Assembly (NCBI RefSeq): GCF_030028105.1
Contig: NC_092379.1
Span: 28,575,821-28,639,820, forward strand
Length of the DNA stretch: 64,000 bases
Direction: 5' to 3'
Origin: Mobula birostris
Taxonomy: Eukaryota
Shown here: one piece after another, positions 12,516 to 25,376 of the stretch
Numbering within the stretch: position 1 is the stretch's first letter
How the letters are laid out: each line of letters begins with the position of its first letter
Program-made: the position numbers and the translations under genes
Notes under the pieces: generated by a model
The model's database searches: none
Seen by the model: only the letters and a program-made list of their open reading frames with translations
Told to the model about the DNA's origin: nothing

Positions 12516-12943
12516 GGTGCATTGCACAGTGGTATACACCAGAGTCTGGGCAAGAACTCCAAATATACATAAATGAGCTGACTCTGCCTCTGTGTATATC
12601 AGCTAAAAATCTCGCCGAACATTCTGGATGTTGCTCCAGTGCTCCTGAGCCATCTACCTTCAGCATTTATTTTTCGATATATTCCGTGATGCTGAATGTT
12701 ACAAAAATATTTGCATTAGCTCTTGCGTAATTTCAGTTTAGTATTATGAGCTGACTTTCGTCAGCCGTTAATTTGGTAGCATGCTAGATCACTGAACCTT
12801 TCTCTCTCGTTCCTGCATTAAAGGACAAAATGCACTAATATCCCAAACTTGCACTGAACTCACCTGGCACTCTGTGGCCATATGTGCAGCGTCCTACCTG
12901 TCAGGATGACGAATGTAATGAATACGAAACAAAGGGAGCACAT
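12516..12943 (-). pseudogene. TCR V pseudogene, family B
   Basis: Leader 12943-12898 MCSLCFVFITFVILT with a GTAGG donor, 85-nt intron, exon 12812-12516. Stops (SVI*, LN*, EK*), Trp41 lost, ending HPECSARF...PDSGVYHCAMH. The heptamer is decayed and the nonamer deleted. Confidence 0.9.
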
Positions 12944-14000
12944 GCTTCTGGCTTCCGCCTCGATTGGACGGCAGATAACGTCCAAGAAATTATCACTATG
13001 GCAGATGTTAGGGAGTAAAACCGTATCAAAAAGAGATTTCTCAGTGCCCTGCTCAACGATTGGTAGATGAAACGGAGCCGAGGCTCTATGAACACGAAAA
13101 ATAACCGGATTTCGTTGATTTCCGCCCTCTGCATTTCCCCCACACACTATAAATCTTTCTCCACATCTCTCTCTCTTTTCCCTTCTCTCTCTCCACTCCC
13201 TATCTCTCTCCATCTATCTATCTTTCTTTCTTTTCGTTCTTTCTCTCTCTGTTTCTCTTTCTCACTCTCTTGCTCTCTCCCCACCTCTTTCTCTCTCTCC
13301 TTAGCTCTCGTTCCGAACATCGTTCTCTATTTATCTACCTCTTTTGTTAGCTTCAGGAATTCATTCTCTCCTCCCTTGCCTCTGCTCTCTCCCTTCTCAC
13401 ACCATGTCACCCTATACTAAACAGCGTATTACTGAGTCATCCACCATGTCATGACTTTCTACTGGTCCTGCTATTTATCTTATCGATAGTTTTTTAAGTC
13501 ATTGACGAAATGCCTTTCAATCAATCAGCATCCCGCCAGAAATTCCTTGTCAATAGCATACCAAATATTTACTCCCTAATGTTTTTCTATAAGTGAGCCA
13601 ATCTCCTATCCATGGCAACAGACTCAATTCAGAATTTATTTTCTGCAGTTGCCTTCGGCCTCACATCTTAATGGCTCCTTTCTCAGAATGTAAAGACCCT
13701 GTAAGTCCTGTTCACCGTGTACCATGAAGGAAATCTTACGGAGAGTTCAAAGTCGTGACCGTGTATTGTAGACAACAAGGGGAAATGGATATTAAGATGT
13801 CTCGAAAATCTTTTAAGTTCTTGTTTGTACCTAAAAACTGAATTTAGGCCTAGACGCCTGCGATCCTGAGAGCTGCCAGGTTAAGGTGAACGAGTGACCC
13901 TTCTTCCTCTTTGCGTCCATTCTTGATGCGCTCTCTAGTCAGCGCTCTGTGCACCAGCTAGCGACAGTAATTCCGTGTCGATTATTCCCTTTTAATGGTC

Positions 14001-14105
14001 CGTGCTGCATGGCAGAAAGATACAATGCAGAGTCCAACACAAGAGCCTCGGTGATGTATCATTGAAGCATCTTGGTTCATTTCGCAAAGCAGTGGTAAAC
14101 AGCAC
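14001..14105 (-). pseudogene. Orphan 3' V fragment (family E)
   Basis: Reads ITEALVLDSALYLSAMQH (Cys104 changed to Ser). The 5' part is missing. Paralog of 46822-46925. Confidence 0.7.
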
Positions 14106-14199
14106 AACATCAATTAACGACAAGTTGGGGTGCGGAAAAGAGACAGAGATGATGCTATGAAGACAGTATCCTCAGTATCAGCAAAAGAAATGAACGGGT

Positions 14200-14830
14200 C
14201 ATTGACTTCATAAAGGGAGAGGGCGAGAGAACATAACCAATAACTTTTTCAGGGTCAGCACTTAGGCGCCATGTCCAAGGAAGCTCAAAAATGCCATCAA
14301 GACCTCAGTTGGCAAAATAAAATTTATATGTCCCCACTGACCTGGACTAATTTTTGATGAACCCTATTGAAAGCATGAATTTCAGGCGCATCATGGCTTA
14401 AATGACAAATATTCTGCCCGTGACCTCAAGAAACTCGGCCGTGCTATAGACGCAACCTAGCACATTACCGGTAGAACATGAATTGTGCCTGCACTTTTGC
14501 TGAATCAATGAAACACCAGGTCCTTTTAAAATATTACCCATTCTGGACCTTCGTTCATTTCTCCCCTCCAATCCGGCAACAGATACAGAAGCATCAGAGT
14601 TAACCTCTAAAATCCATTAAAAGACAACTGCATAGTTCCTCTGTAAGAGAAGTTGAGCACGTGACCTCACAAACTAAATCAAACGAAATTCACTATTTCG
14701 TCAACTTGCACAACACTTTCTTTGGAGCTGCTTAACTGTATTCCCAATTCTGTTGTTGACTCAGCTTTCACACCTTCAATGCACAATGCATTGATCTGAT
14801 ACCTGTAAAGATATGCAAGGCATATTTTGA
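14200..14830 (+). mobile_element. Old LINE RT 3' remnant (L2/Rex-Babar type)
   Basis: Degenerate NF..TIES..AW.G.CSA.D.KKL motif region. Paralogous copy at ~47090-47560. Confidence 0.5.
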
Positions 14831-15285
14831 CTGTACCTCGATAGATAAGTCACTCTCTAAGCAAAGCCTAAACCAACTGCCCAGTCTGTGTGAGTAAGCA
14901 GGGTGAGACAAGAAATTAAGCTGGCAGTTTTGAAAGTGTAGGATATAGGGTTAGCGAGTAAACGTGACGGCGGTCGTTTTCGGAGGTATGTTTTATTTGT
15001 CGCCGTGATAAATGCTGCCCCCTGATTTCTCCAGGAACCCTACTTCAGTTCGAACACTGAAGATGTCTGAAGGTATGTCTTGACGTTCCTACGTGTCTCA
15101 CTTCTTCCGGAAACCGAAAGACCAAAAGCCATAGGGAACGAAGTATGTCATTCGGCCCATCGTAACCGCTCTGCAATTCGATCATGGGGGGATCCAATTC
15201 TTCCAGTCATCGCGATTGCTCTGCCTTCTATCCCTACCCTTTGACGTCCAGGCTAATGAACAACGTATTTATCTCTGCCTTAAAT

Positions 15286-17305
15286 CAGTGGTCCCCAGCC
15301 ATCGGTCCGCTACCGGTACCGGGCTGCAAAGCATGTGCTACCGGGACACAGGGAAACGATATGATTTGGCGATATGAAACGATATGAGTCACCTGCACTT
15401 TTCCTCATTCCCTGACACACTCACTATTGAGCTTGAACGCACGCGAGGTCATTACTCACGCGAGGACATCAGTCGGTTATTAACCTGCAACCACTCGATG
15501 AGTAAAAAACAAACGTCGCTTGAGAGTTTCTTTGAAAGAGAAGGCAGGAGACATGAATGGCCTAACGATGATGATAACGCAGAGACAGCTGAAGCCGAGA
15601 ATGCAAAAATAAAAGAAAAGTTTCCTTCAACAGAAAATGCACCGAGTCGTACATAAAATATGGCTTTATTTCGACCGCGGACTCTCACGCTCCAATCCCC
15701 CTGTGTGTGATATGTGCAGACAAGCAGTCTGATGAGGCAATGAAGTCCTCAAAACTGCTTCGGAACCTTGAGTTCAAGCACACTGCACTTAAAGACAAAG
15801 CCGTTGATTGTTTCTTAAGCGGAAGAAACGTGAGCATGCGGAACAGAAGCAAGTGCTGAGAGCCAACACCTCCACAAGTGCTGCTGCTCTGAGAGCGTCG
15901 AACTTAGTGGCCAGCTGTATTGATAAGGCTAAGAAGCCAATCACTGTTGGAGAGGAATTGATTCTGCTTGCTGCCAAAGACTTGTGCCGTGAACAGTTGG
16001 GAGAAGCTGCAGCTAACAAGATGGCACAGGTTTCTCTTTCAGCTACCACGATCTCAAGACGAATCGATGACATAGCGGAGGACATCGAAGCACAGCAGTT
16101 GTGACGGCTTAACGAGTCTGGTTTCACTACCCGAGTCAAAGAGGTTGCTCCCGAATGACAGTCTACACACTGTGTCACACACAGGGAAATGCTGGTTAGC
16201 CAAAAAATGTGTCACCTGACCTTAACAGATAATTGAGTGACTTTGTTGAAGTTATCAATCACATCAAAGCAAAAGCTCTAACTGACGTCTGTTTGAGCAT
16301 CTTTGCGATGAAATGGATACAGAGCACAAACGCTTTCTCTTACACACTGAAGTCAGCTGGCTATCAAGGGGCAGAGCCCTGGCTATGGTTTTCGAGATAA
16401 GAGGGCAGCTACAGAGATTTATTTCGAGAAAAAAAAAGTCATCACTGGCAGCACACATCAGTGACGAGGAGTTGGTAGCAAAACTCGTTTATGTCTGTGA
16501 CATCTTCAACCTGCTCAATGAACTCAATTTCCCACTTCAGGGGAGAAAGACAGCTGTCTTCAAGTTGTCAGATAAAGTGTCAGCTTTCATAACCAAACTG
16601 GAACTGTGGGGTCGGCGAGTGGACAGGGGCATATTTGACATGTCCCCAACATTAGCTGGGAATTTGGGAGAGACTGAGGCTCACAGCAGGTGCACGAACA
16701 TTTATCTTCGCCGTCGACAGAATTTGACCGTTATTTCCCAACTGCAAATGACCCAAGATGTGCAAAGGAATGGGTCCGTGACCCATTTGTGAATGTCCCC
16801 GGTGAATCATCTCTGTTAGTGCAGGTAGAAGATGAACTCCTGGAGTTTGCAAAGGACAGTGGGCTGAAAAGTATGTTTGACATAACGTCTGTTCCGGCTT
16901 TCTGGATCAAAATATAGGATGAGTATCCTGAGAAAGCCACGAAAGCAGTGCAAACGTTGTTTCCATTTCCAACATCATATCTCTGTGAAGCGCAGATCTC
17001 TGCAATGAATGCAATGAAAACTAAATTGCGGAAGAGACTGGAGATAAGGAACCCCCTTATAATTGACTTATCACTATATTCATGCGAGGAAAATATGCGC
17101 TGTGTGTTTGATATTAAATTCGCCAAATAAACGCTTTTGGAAGCGAAATTGAGTGTATCCGCCACTGATAATTGACTTACAGTTGACTTATCACCTATAT
17201 TCCGGTTGTGATTAACACATGCTCCCCCACCCCCAGTCGGCCAGTCCGGAAGACTATGGTCAAAATTAAACCGGTCCGCGGTGCAAAAAGGGTTGAGAAA
17301 CCCTG
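15286..17305 (+). mobile_element. hAT (Buster/Charlie; ZBED5/SCAND3-like) DNA transposon remnant
   Basis: Imperfect TIRs CAGTGGTCCCCAGCC and GGTTGAGAAACCCTG. Broken transposase pieces KKQTSLESFF, KAKKPITVGEELIL...SRRIDDIAEDIEAQ, LLHTEVSWLSRGRAL and FPTSYLCEA...MKTKLRKRL. Confidence 0.88.
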
Positions 17306-17309
17306 CTCT

Positions 17310-18980
17310 AATAAACCCAGAGTTTGTGAGAGGTGCCGGATCCTTCTGGGTTGAGTTAAGAAATTGCAAGTGTTAAGGAACCCTGCTGCCAGCTATGCAC
17401 AAGCCTCCCGACAGTATGTAGAATGCGGAGCACAGATCACAAGAGGAAATAGAAAAGGCGTCTCAAAGGGTAATGTTATGTTAGTCATGGGAGATGTCAA
17501 CATGCAGGCTGATTGGGAAAGTCAGGTTAGATATGGAGCTCAAGAGAGTGAGTTTGTTGAGTGCCTATGAAACGACATTTTAGAGCAGATTGTCCATCAC
17601 CCTACAAAGCGATCAGTTGTACAGGATTGGGTGTTGTGAAATAAACTGGAGATAATTAGTGACCTTAGGATAAAAGAATAATTTTAATGCAGTGATCCAA
17701 ATATGATTGATTTCAACTCGAAATTTGCCAGTGAGAAAGTAAAGTCTGATGAAGCAGTATTTCAGCACAGTAAAGAAAATTTCAGTGGTGTGAGTGGGGA
17801 GTTGGTCAACGAATTCAGAATGCAGGATTTGGAAGGACAGGCTGCAAGAGAGGACAACAGAGCAGGAAGGGCGTGAATTTCTGGGTAAAATGAGAAAGGT
17901 GTCCGATAGCTGTATCCAAAAATGAAGAAATAGGCAAATGAAAAGGTAGTGCAACCGTGGCTAACAAAGGGAGTCAAAGCTAATGTAAAAGCAAAAGAGC
18001 GGGTATACAACTAAGCAAAAATTAGTAGCAAGACAGAGGATTAGGAAGCTTCCAAATCCATAGAGAAAAACTAAAAGTGTCATTAGGAGGGAAAAAGATA
18101 ATATATGAGCGAAAGCTAGCAAACAGTATCAAAGTGGATAAAAACAAAGGTTTCTTCAAGAATGAAACAAAAAATAAAAGTGAGATGAGAGTGCATATAG
18201 AAAGCAAGAAAATGTAACCGAAGAAATAATGCTGGAGGACAAGTTGATGGCAGATGAACAATATGAGTATTTCGCATCAGGATTCACTGTGGAAGACCCG
18301 AACAGTGGGTCAGACGTTGAAGGGTCCGAATGAAGACATGTAAGTGCAATTACAGTTACAAGGGTGAAGGTCCTCAAAACGCTGAACAACACAAGAGTAT
18401 ATAAGTCATCCGAACCAGATGAACTGCATCCTTGCTCTCTGAAACCGGTAGCGGTAGAGATTGAGGAGGTATTGGGAATGATTCTTCAAAATAATTGTCT
18501 ATGATATAGATGATGGAATACATAGCTGTGTTGCCAAGTTTGTAACTGATACAAAGATTGATGGAAGCATAATCGTTCTGAGGAAACATGCAGTCTACAG
18601 AAGAGCAGAAAGATGGAGAGAATGGGAAAGAGAGTGGCAGACGAAGTGCAATACACAAAAACGCATGTCATGCACATTGGTATAAGAAATAAATGTGCAG
18701 ACTATCTTGTAAGCGGGGGAAATAATCCAAAAATCTCCGATGCAAGGATACTTGGAGGATCCAAATTTAGAACACGCTGACGGTTAACTTGCAGGTAGAG
18801 TCAGTGGTGAGGAAGGAATACAATGTTAGCATTCGTTTCAAGATGTCCAGGATACATGGGCAGAGACGTAATGTAGAGTATTTATGAGACACGTGAGGCC
18901 TCACCTTGAGCATTCTGAACAGTTTTGGGTTTCTATTCTAACAGAGATGGACTGGCATTGGCAAGGATTCAGAAGGCATT
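17310..18980 (+). mobile_element. CR1 LINE ORF2 remnant (APE and partial RT)
   Basis: APE-type text (WVELRN, VMLVMGDVN..DWE, EFVECL) and later RT/3' pieces, with many stops. Close paralog at 62770-64000. Confidence 0.8.
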
Positions 18981-19179
18981 TACATGGGTGACACAATCAG
19001 TCCCGCAAGCAAAGCAGCTGTCCAATTAACGGAAAAATGTAGTCAGTAATTTCTCCCCTTTCCCCTGGAGTTTCGCCTTCTTAACTCATTCACGTGACAG
19101 TGTTGGATAAGTGCTTGCGCCCCCGCTGTTTTCCGGCAAAGGGCTCCCTCTAGCGAGCGCTCACTGCATCACGGAGGTC

Positions 19180-19218
19180 GGATTTTGTCCAGAGCCGTCA
19201 TCGCCTTGCAACACTGTG
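19180..19218 (-). other. 23-RSS with a consensus heptamer
   Basis: CACAGTG (19218-19212), 23-bp spacer, ACAAAATCC (19188-19180). Confidence 0.92.
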
Positions 19219-19641
19219 GGCTTCACGGCACAAAGGTAAACGGCGGATCCGACACAAGAGCACCAGAGATGTTCAAATGGGCTGCCTTGCTGTCACGCTG
19301 CCAATCAGCGGTAAACATCGCTGGATTCCATTCCACCGCGCCTGTGCTATATACCGTCAACAAATATCTTGGAGATTCCTCGCGATGCTGAACGTACCAA
19401 ACAATAGATAGAGGATTGCCAGTGTAATTACAGTGCAGTGTTACATTTTGTTCTTCCGCAATCGTTAATTCAAGAGGCCATTGCGTCACCGAATCTTTCC
19501 CATTTGTTCCTACAATAAAAGGACAGAATGCATGAACGGATCGGGCTTTCTTCGCACATATGGAACAGATATAGGCCGTTACCGAGGAGACTCACCGGAC
19601 ATCATAGTCAATATAATCAGCATATAACACGGAGAATTCAC
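19219..19641 (-). pseudogene. Near-intact TCR V gene (family C) with a 1-nt deletion before YxC and a GTG start
   Basis: Leader 19641-19596 (GTG)NSPCYMLIILTMMS with a GTGAG donor. Exon 19509-19219 is open to ...NISGALVSD, then gat-cc-gcc-gtt-tac-ctt-tgt, one base short of DSAVYLCAVK. Canonical RSS. Confidence 0.88.
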
Positions 19642-20374
19642 GGTGTCTGGCTTCAAACTCGATCGAAAAAGAGCTTACTTCCAAAAAGTTAATATCCTTG
19701 ACTGATATTGAATAGTAAAATCAGAGCTGCAACATATTTCAGCTGGCGTAAATCTGGGGGCGTTGCTCTGCCAATGGATTGATTGGCTGTGGGCATTAAT
19801 CTGCACCGGTCCGAGCACCAATCACAGATCGGTTTGTTTCAGTTCATCCATATGCTTTTATATATCCGACACTTGGAGCTGTAAATAGCGTCGCGCTAAC
19901 CACTGTGCTAGAGTGGTTATACTTCACTCTCGCTCTTGCATTCTTCTTCCAGTCAGGCTCTCCTCCCGATGGTTATCGCTCTACTTTCTGTTCTATCGAT
20001 CACCATCACTCGCACTCTCACTTCTTCATTTCTCTTAAGTCTCCCCGTGTTATCCACCTTGTCATTCCATCATACCAAACCGCCCACTTTCTCCCCCCCC
20101 CCACCATTTTACTCAAAATATCGACTGCCCACCGTTCTCCCTGGATATCACTTACTCTGCCCACTCGCCAAACGCAATTCACACTCAGACGCATTTATCT
20201 TCATATTTCTCCACTCCGGCGAAGGGGGAAACGCCACTGAGGCAGACAATAAGAAAAAACGTCTTCACTTGGGGGAACGGGGGATGTACTTTTTGTGTTA
20301 ACCTCTTGTCTCTCTGCTCCTCAGCCTTCCCTCTCCAGAAAGTTCTTGTCGCTTGAGTCTTGTGGACGGACGAG

Positions 20375-20620
20375 AGTTGGATGAAAAAATTTGCAGATGC
20401 TGAAAATCCAACGCAACTCACAGAACTCTGGAGGAAGTCAGCAGGTCAGGCAGAACCTGGGGAAAATGTAAATAGTCGGCTTTTCGGGCCGAGACCTTTC
20501 TTCAGGACTGAGTAGTAAGGAACGAGATGCATAAATTAAAATGTGAAGGAACATGTAAGAGCCTGACTAAAAGACTAAAGGGGAAACCAGGTGGGACAGG
20601 CCAAGGGCTGTAGAAGAAAG
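20375..20620 (-). mobile_element. Penelope-derived pseudo-LTR/SINE-like fragment
   Basis: Same motif family as 57550-57750 (gcagatgctg..aaatcc..ctggaggaa.tcagcaggtcaggcag; CTGAAGA..GGCCCGAAA). Confidence 0.7.
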
Positions 20621-20949
20621 AAACTGATGATTTTATTAAGGCATGATCTTATTCAATTGCGGAGCAGTTTCGACGGGTCAAATGCAATACTCCTAGTCTT
20701 ATTTCTTATGGTATTACGTTCTGCCCTTCCACGATCATTAATTCGCTCACATCCTGAGTTACCGAATTTACCCCACTCGTATCTGTAACGACTCTCGCAG
20801 AACGTGAGTGGCGCCGAATTGTAATGACGGTGTAGAACACGCGCAAACGGATGAAGAAGAAATTACCCAGACAGAGCAGCCATTCAAGTCAGCAACAAAC
20901 ACAAGGGTGATATGGAGTCTGCATTAACATAAAAAAAAGGATTTTATCA

Positions 20950-23395
20950 AATTGTGAGCCACGTGAAGGTTAATTACGTCACGTCAGGAGCATCAGAGGC
21001 TCGGGGGAGACACGTGCCCTTCCTCTCGAACCGGATTGGTGTATTGCCTGTGATGTGCCTTGGAATCGACCGGCGTGTTCAGATTCTCTTAGGGCTTCAT
21101 TTTACCCCTCTTACTTTACATAGTGTAGTAGATGGCTGTTGTGTTTTCTTAATGGCAGATGTTGGAGACCTGGGAGATCCAGAGACTCCCAGGGAACTAC
21201 ATCTGCAAGGAATGCATCTGGATGAAGCTCCTTGAAGACCATGGTAGGGATCTGGAGTGACCAGCTCAATGACCTTCGGCTTGTACGGCAGGGCGAGAAG
21301 ATAATAGATCGGAGTCATAGGGAAGTAGCCACCGCGAAGCTGCAGGACGCAATTGGCTATTGGACTATCAGGAGAAATGGAAATATGAAAGACAGTTAGC
21401 GCAGCGTACCCTGTGGTCATTCCTGTCAATAGTAAGAATATTTTCTGCATACCGATGGGGGGGATGAACTCCCAGGGGAATGCTAGGGAGACAGGGCTAC
21501 TGCAACAGAGCACGGCCCGTGCTACAGATGGGAAAGAGGAAGAAGAAGGGAGTACTAGCGATAGGGGACTCAGCAATCATGGGAACAGAGAGCAGATTCT
21601 GTGGACGTGAGCACAGCACCCTGATGGTATGCTGCCTTCGACATGTCAGTTTCGAATCGCGTCCACGACATGTTAGAGAGGGAGGAACAGCATCCAGATA
21701 TCATGGTACACATTGGCGCTAATGGCACACGAAGGAAAAGCGAAGAGATCCTGAAAAGCGTATTTGCGGAGCAAGGAAGACGGCACTAGCAGATGTTGAC
21801 GGATACGAGGGATGTGCAGTTACTATTACAAGGCTCAAAGAGCCTAAAGAGCTAAGTCAACTGTACCAAATGAATTGCAACCTCAGGTTCTGAAAAAGTA
21901 GTGGTAGAGATTATGGCGATATTATGAATGAACTTTCAAAATTATTGGACTGTGGCATGGTGCCAGAGGAATGTAAAATGCGAAACGTCACTGTACTTTT
22001 TAAGAAAAGAAGAAATTTAAGACCTGCTAGCCTGATCTTAGTGGTTGGGAAGATGGTGGATTCAATTGTTAAGGATTAAATTATGGAGTATTTGGTGACA
22101 CAGGACCAGATAGGAGAAAGTCAGCATGGTTTCCTTAAGGAAAAATATTGCCTGACGATCATGTTGGAATTATTAGAGGAGACTACACGTAGGTGATATA
22201 GAAAGGGTGCAATGGATGCTGTATGTGAGGAGTTTCTTAAGGCCTTTGCCAAGGTGCCAAACATGAGCGTGTTTACCAAGTTAAGAACCTATGGTATTTC
22301 AGGAACTTTACTGGTCTGGTTATAGCACTAACTGTTTGGCAGGAGTTAGAGACGACGCGAAAACAATCACTCTCCGTTTGGCTGCCGGTGACAATGGTGC
22401 TCCGCAGTGGTCCGTGCTGGCACCAATGCTTTTGTGCTGTACATCAGTGATTTAAATGATAGAATCCTTCGCTTTGTTGCCAGGATTACAGATGATACGA
22501 GACTGATGAAGCGTCGTGGTGTATTAATAAAACAGGTCATCTGCAGAAGTGCTGAGACAAATAATCAGAACGGGAAAGAAAGTAGCAAATGATATATGAT
22601 GTTGGAAAATGCATGGTCATGCACTTTGTTGGAAGAAATAATTGTGCAGACAATTTTCTGAATGAGGAGAAAAGCCAGAATTAAGATGTGCAAAGATGCA
22701 ACGGGGCTTGGTAGTCCTTGTGCACAGCACCCTAGAGGTTAATTTTCTCCTAGAGCCGGCGGTCAGGAAGGTAAATCCAATGTTAGAACTCATTTCAGGG
22801 GGTCGAGAGTACAAGAGTAGGGATGTGACGCTGACTCTTCAAGGCACTGGTGAGGCCCCACTTTGAATATTGTGAACATTTTTGGGCTCCTCATTCAAGA
22901 AAAAATCCGTTCGCATGGATGATTCCAGTAATGCCAGTGTTATCATAAGAGGAAAGTTTGAGATTTATAAGTCTGTGTCAGTTGGAATTTAGAAGGATGA
23001 GGGGAATCTCATTGAATCCTTTCGAATGTTGAAAGGAATAGACAGAATAGATGTGTAAAGAATGTTTCATATGGTGGGGGAGTCCAGGACAAGAAGGCAA
23101 AGCCTCACGCGAGACGGGCGTCAATTTAATACAGAGATGCGGAGAACTTTCATCAGCGCGCGTGTGATGAATTTGTTGCATTTATTAGCACGGGAAGTTG
23201 TGGAGGTCAGGTGGTTGGGTATGCTTAAGGCAGAGCGTGATATGTTTTCAACTGGCCACGGTAGCAAAGGTTCCGAAGGGAAGGCCGGGAGTGGGGCTGA
23301 GGAAGGATCAATCAATCAAGCATGATTTAAAGGCGGAGCAAGTTTGATGGGCCAAATGCCCTAATTCTTCTGCTAAGTTCTATGGTCTGATGGTC
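20950..23395 (+). mobile_element. CR1 LINE remnant with ORF1 (Cys-motif plus SGNH esterase) and RT/3' parts
   Basis: NYICKEC and VLAIGDSAIMGTESRFCG (GDS esterase motif of CR1 ORF1). RT fragments such as SQHGF, DFxKAFxKV-like and a 3' region ending ..ctatggtctgatggtct. Confidence 0.8.
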
Positions 23396-23639
23396 TTACC
23401 CTCTCTTTCAAAATGGGCAGTTTGGGCAGACTGCCAATTTTTCGCTCTCGACCCTTCTCGCGCGTCTTCTTCTTGCTGTATCCTTGCCAGGAGATGTCTC
23501 CTTTTCCCTCTTTGTCTCCCTTAATCACTCTCATGATCTGTTTCTTCTCTTTCTGTCCATTCTCTGTACCCTTCTCTTTCCTTTTCTCTTTTTGTTTGTA
23601 CTACACTTTTCTCGCTAACATTCGTTCACTCACTTTCCC

Positions 23640-23640
<1 letters not shown>

Positions 23641-23716
<76 letters not shown>
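23641..23716. repeat. (CT)n microsatellite
   Basis: Perfect dinucleotide run. Similar tracts at ~6540-6578, 11932-11960, 25494-25540, 28952-29010, 33019-33087 and 38937-38971. Confidence 0.95.
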
Positions 23717-23722
<6 letters not shown>

Positions 23723-24913
23723 GTCCCTCTATCTATCTATCTCTCTTCTACCTATCTCCTCCCTCTTTTCCACGGAATTCCCGTGGATGCTTCTAATCGG
23801 CAAACATTTGCCCACGCATCCGTATATTCCTCCTTGTACTAAACTACTGCTAGTGGTTATGGGTGTTTGTAGAAATTGCCCCCTGCCCCTTCACTCACTT
23901 GTAGGCTCTGAGCAGGGAGGTTGTGTTGTCTCCGGACTGGGCGTCGTTCGATGTTGAGCAGGATGCGGTGAGCCGCGGGCGCCATCTATTCCATGCGCGC
24001 ATTGTACGCAGGATCTGTTCTGTCCAGATCGGCAATCGCACTGCATTAGGGAGGGCTGATCATGCAAATACACATAGTGGAACCCGGCAAAGAAACACTG
24101 AAGATATTTGAATGCAATCTGTTGCCATTTCATGTCCGAACAACCTGATATCTTCGCCGATGTCGTTTGCTACTGAGTTTGAGTTTCGCTCTCATAAGTC
24201 AACCACGTGGTTCTCGCAAATATTTGGGTGCGAAACTTCGACTTTTCTAGCACGACCCGCCCTCTAGCGACGGTTCACTGCATCACACCTCGCACACACA
24301 CTGTGCACTTTGAACATAAATTCACTTTGACCAATGACCATTTCTCACGGCCCGGAAATGCAACGACCAAAATACAATTTGCATTCTCTATCACGCTAAA
24401 CCTCCGCAGGATCTGTCACATTATCTAAACACTGAGTATAAATCATAAGTAACCAATGCAACATTCTTACTTCAGCAGCATGGCATTTGCTGGTCTTTGT
24501 CAAACTAAAAACAACGAATTTGCCCAGTGTTCTACTTAAATATATCGCAGTTCCACTCCGTCCTTATTACTTCTCCATGCAGAAGCTCGAACAATGTGGC
24601 CAAAGACGACGTCATACTACGTTGCCAATCGCGATATGCAGTTGCAGCAAAGAGGGTGGGTGAATGCACATTGTCGTATCCCGGAAATATATTATAAAGA
24701 TCCAGTTTGGGTTTGCGTTGTAGTCATGAACTTTTCCATTACCTTCGCCGCCTTGTGTTGGTGATTGCAGCGCTCTTAGGTAGGGCACGTGACCACCGCA
24801 GATTTCAATGTCGCCCTACCACTTTCCCGGCAAGAGACGCCCTCCAGTGAGAATTGTTTTGTATTACACAGAACCAATTTTTGTCGAGATCCGCCGTCTT
24901 CATGCAACAGGTG

Positions 24914-25376
24914 GTCCTCATTGCAGAAAGATAGATGCCAGAGTCCGACACAAGAGCTTTAACGATATTAAGTTGAGCAGTCCTGCTGCCTTTGTACAGA
25001 GGTATACTCCAGAGTCCGGGACAAGAATTCCAGAGATACTTAAATGAGCGTTGTGCATTACAGCTGTAAACTGCGCCGGACATTCTGAGCTCACGTCAGT
25101 TTTCCTCATCATAGAGCTTCAGCAGCTCTTAGGAGATTCTCCACGATGTTTATCTTAGTTCGTGTGTAACTGCATTTCAGTGTTATCATCTGACTTCCGT
25201 CAGTCGACAATTCAGGAGCATCCTGATCACAGAGATGTACTTTGTCGTTCCTGCCATAAAGGATAAAATGCAGTGACTTCCCTGAGTTGCACTTAACTGC
25301 GCTCTCGCTGGTCATGTGTGTAACGTCTTAGCTGTCAGGATGACGAATGAAAGCTATAAGAAACTGAGGGTCACAT
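24914..25376 (-). pseudogene. Chimeric V pseudogene: family B gene fused to the 3' end of a family A gene
   Basis: The B leader is dead (ATG TGA, donor changed to CT). The B exon from 25250 runs to ..DSGVYLCTK, then switches at CTGTACAAAGGC (~25000) to the family A sequence KGSRTAQLNIVKALVSDSGIYLSAMR. An A-type RSS follows (nonamer 24884-24876, 23-bp spacer, heptamer with a 1-nt deletion). Confidence 0.88.

Noticed and set aside
15278-17313. 8-bp TSD for the hAT element
   Set aside because: The flanks CCTTAAAT and CTCTAATA match at only 4 of 8 positions, so no TSD is claimed.
16731-17369. 212-aa minus-strand ORF
   Set aside because: It is antisense to the decayed hAT transposase and its 3' end.
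23413-23796. SLSLSL/ERERER ORFs (also 6445-6747, 11734-12073, 32848-33156, 50658-51152, 60828-61154)
   Set aside because: They are translations of (CT)n/(GA)n microsatellites and low-complexity DNA.
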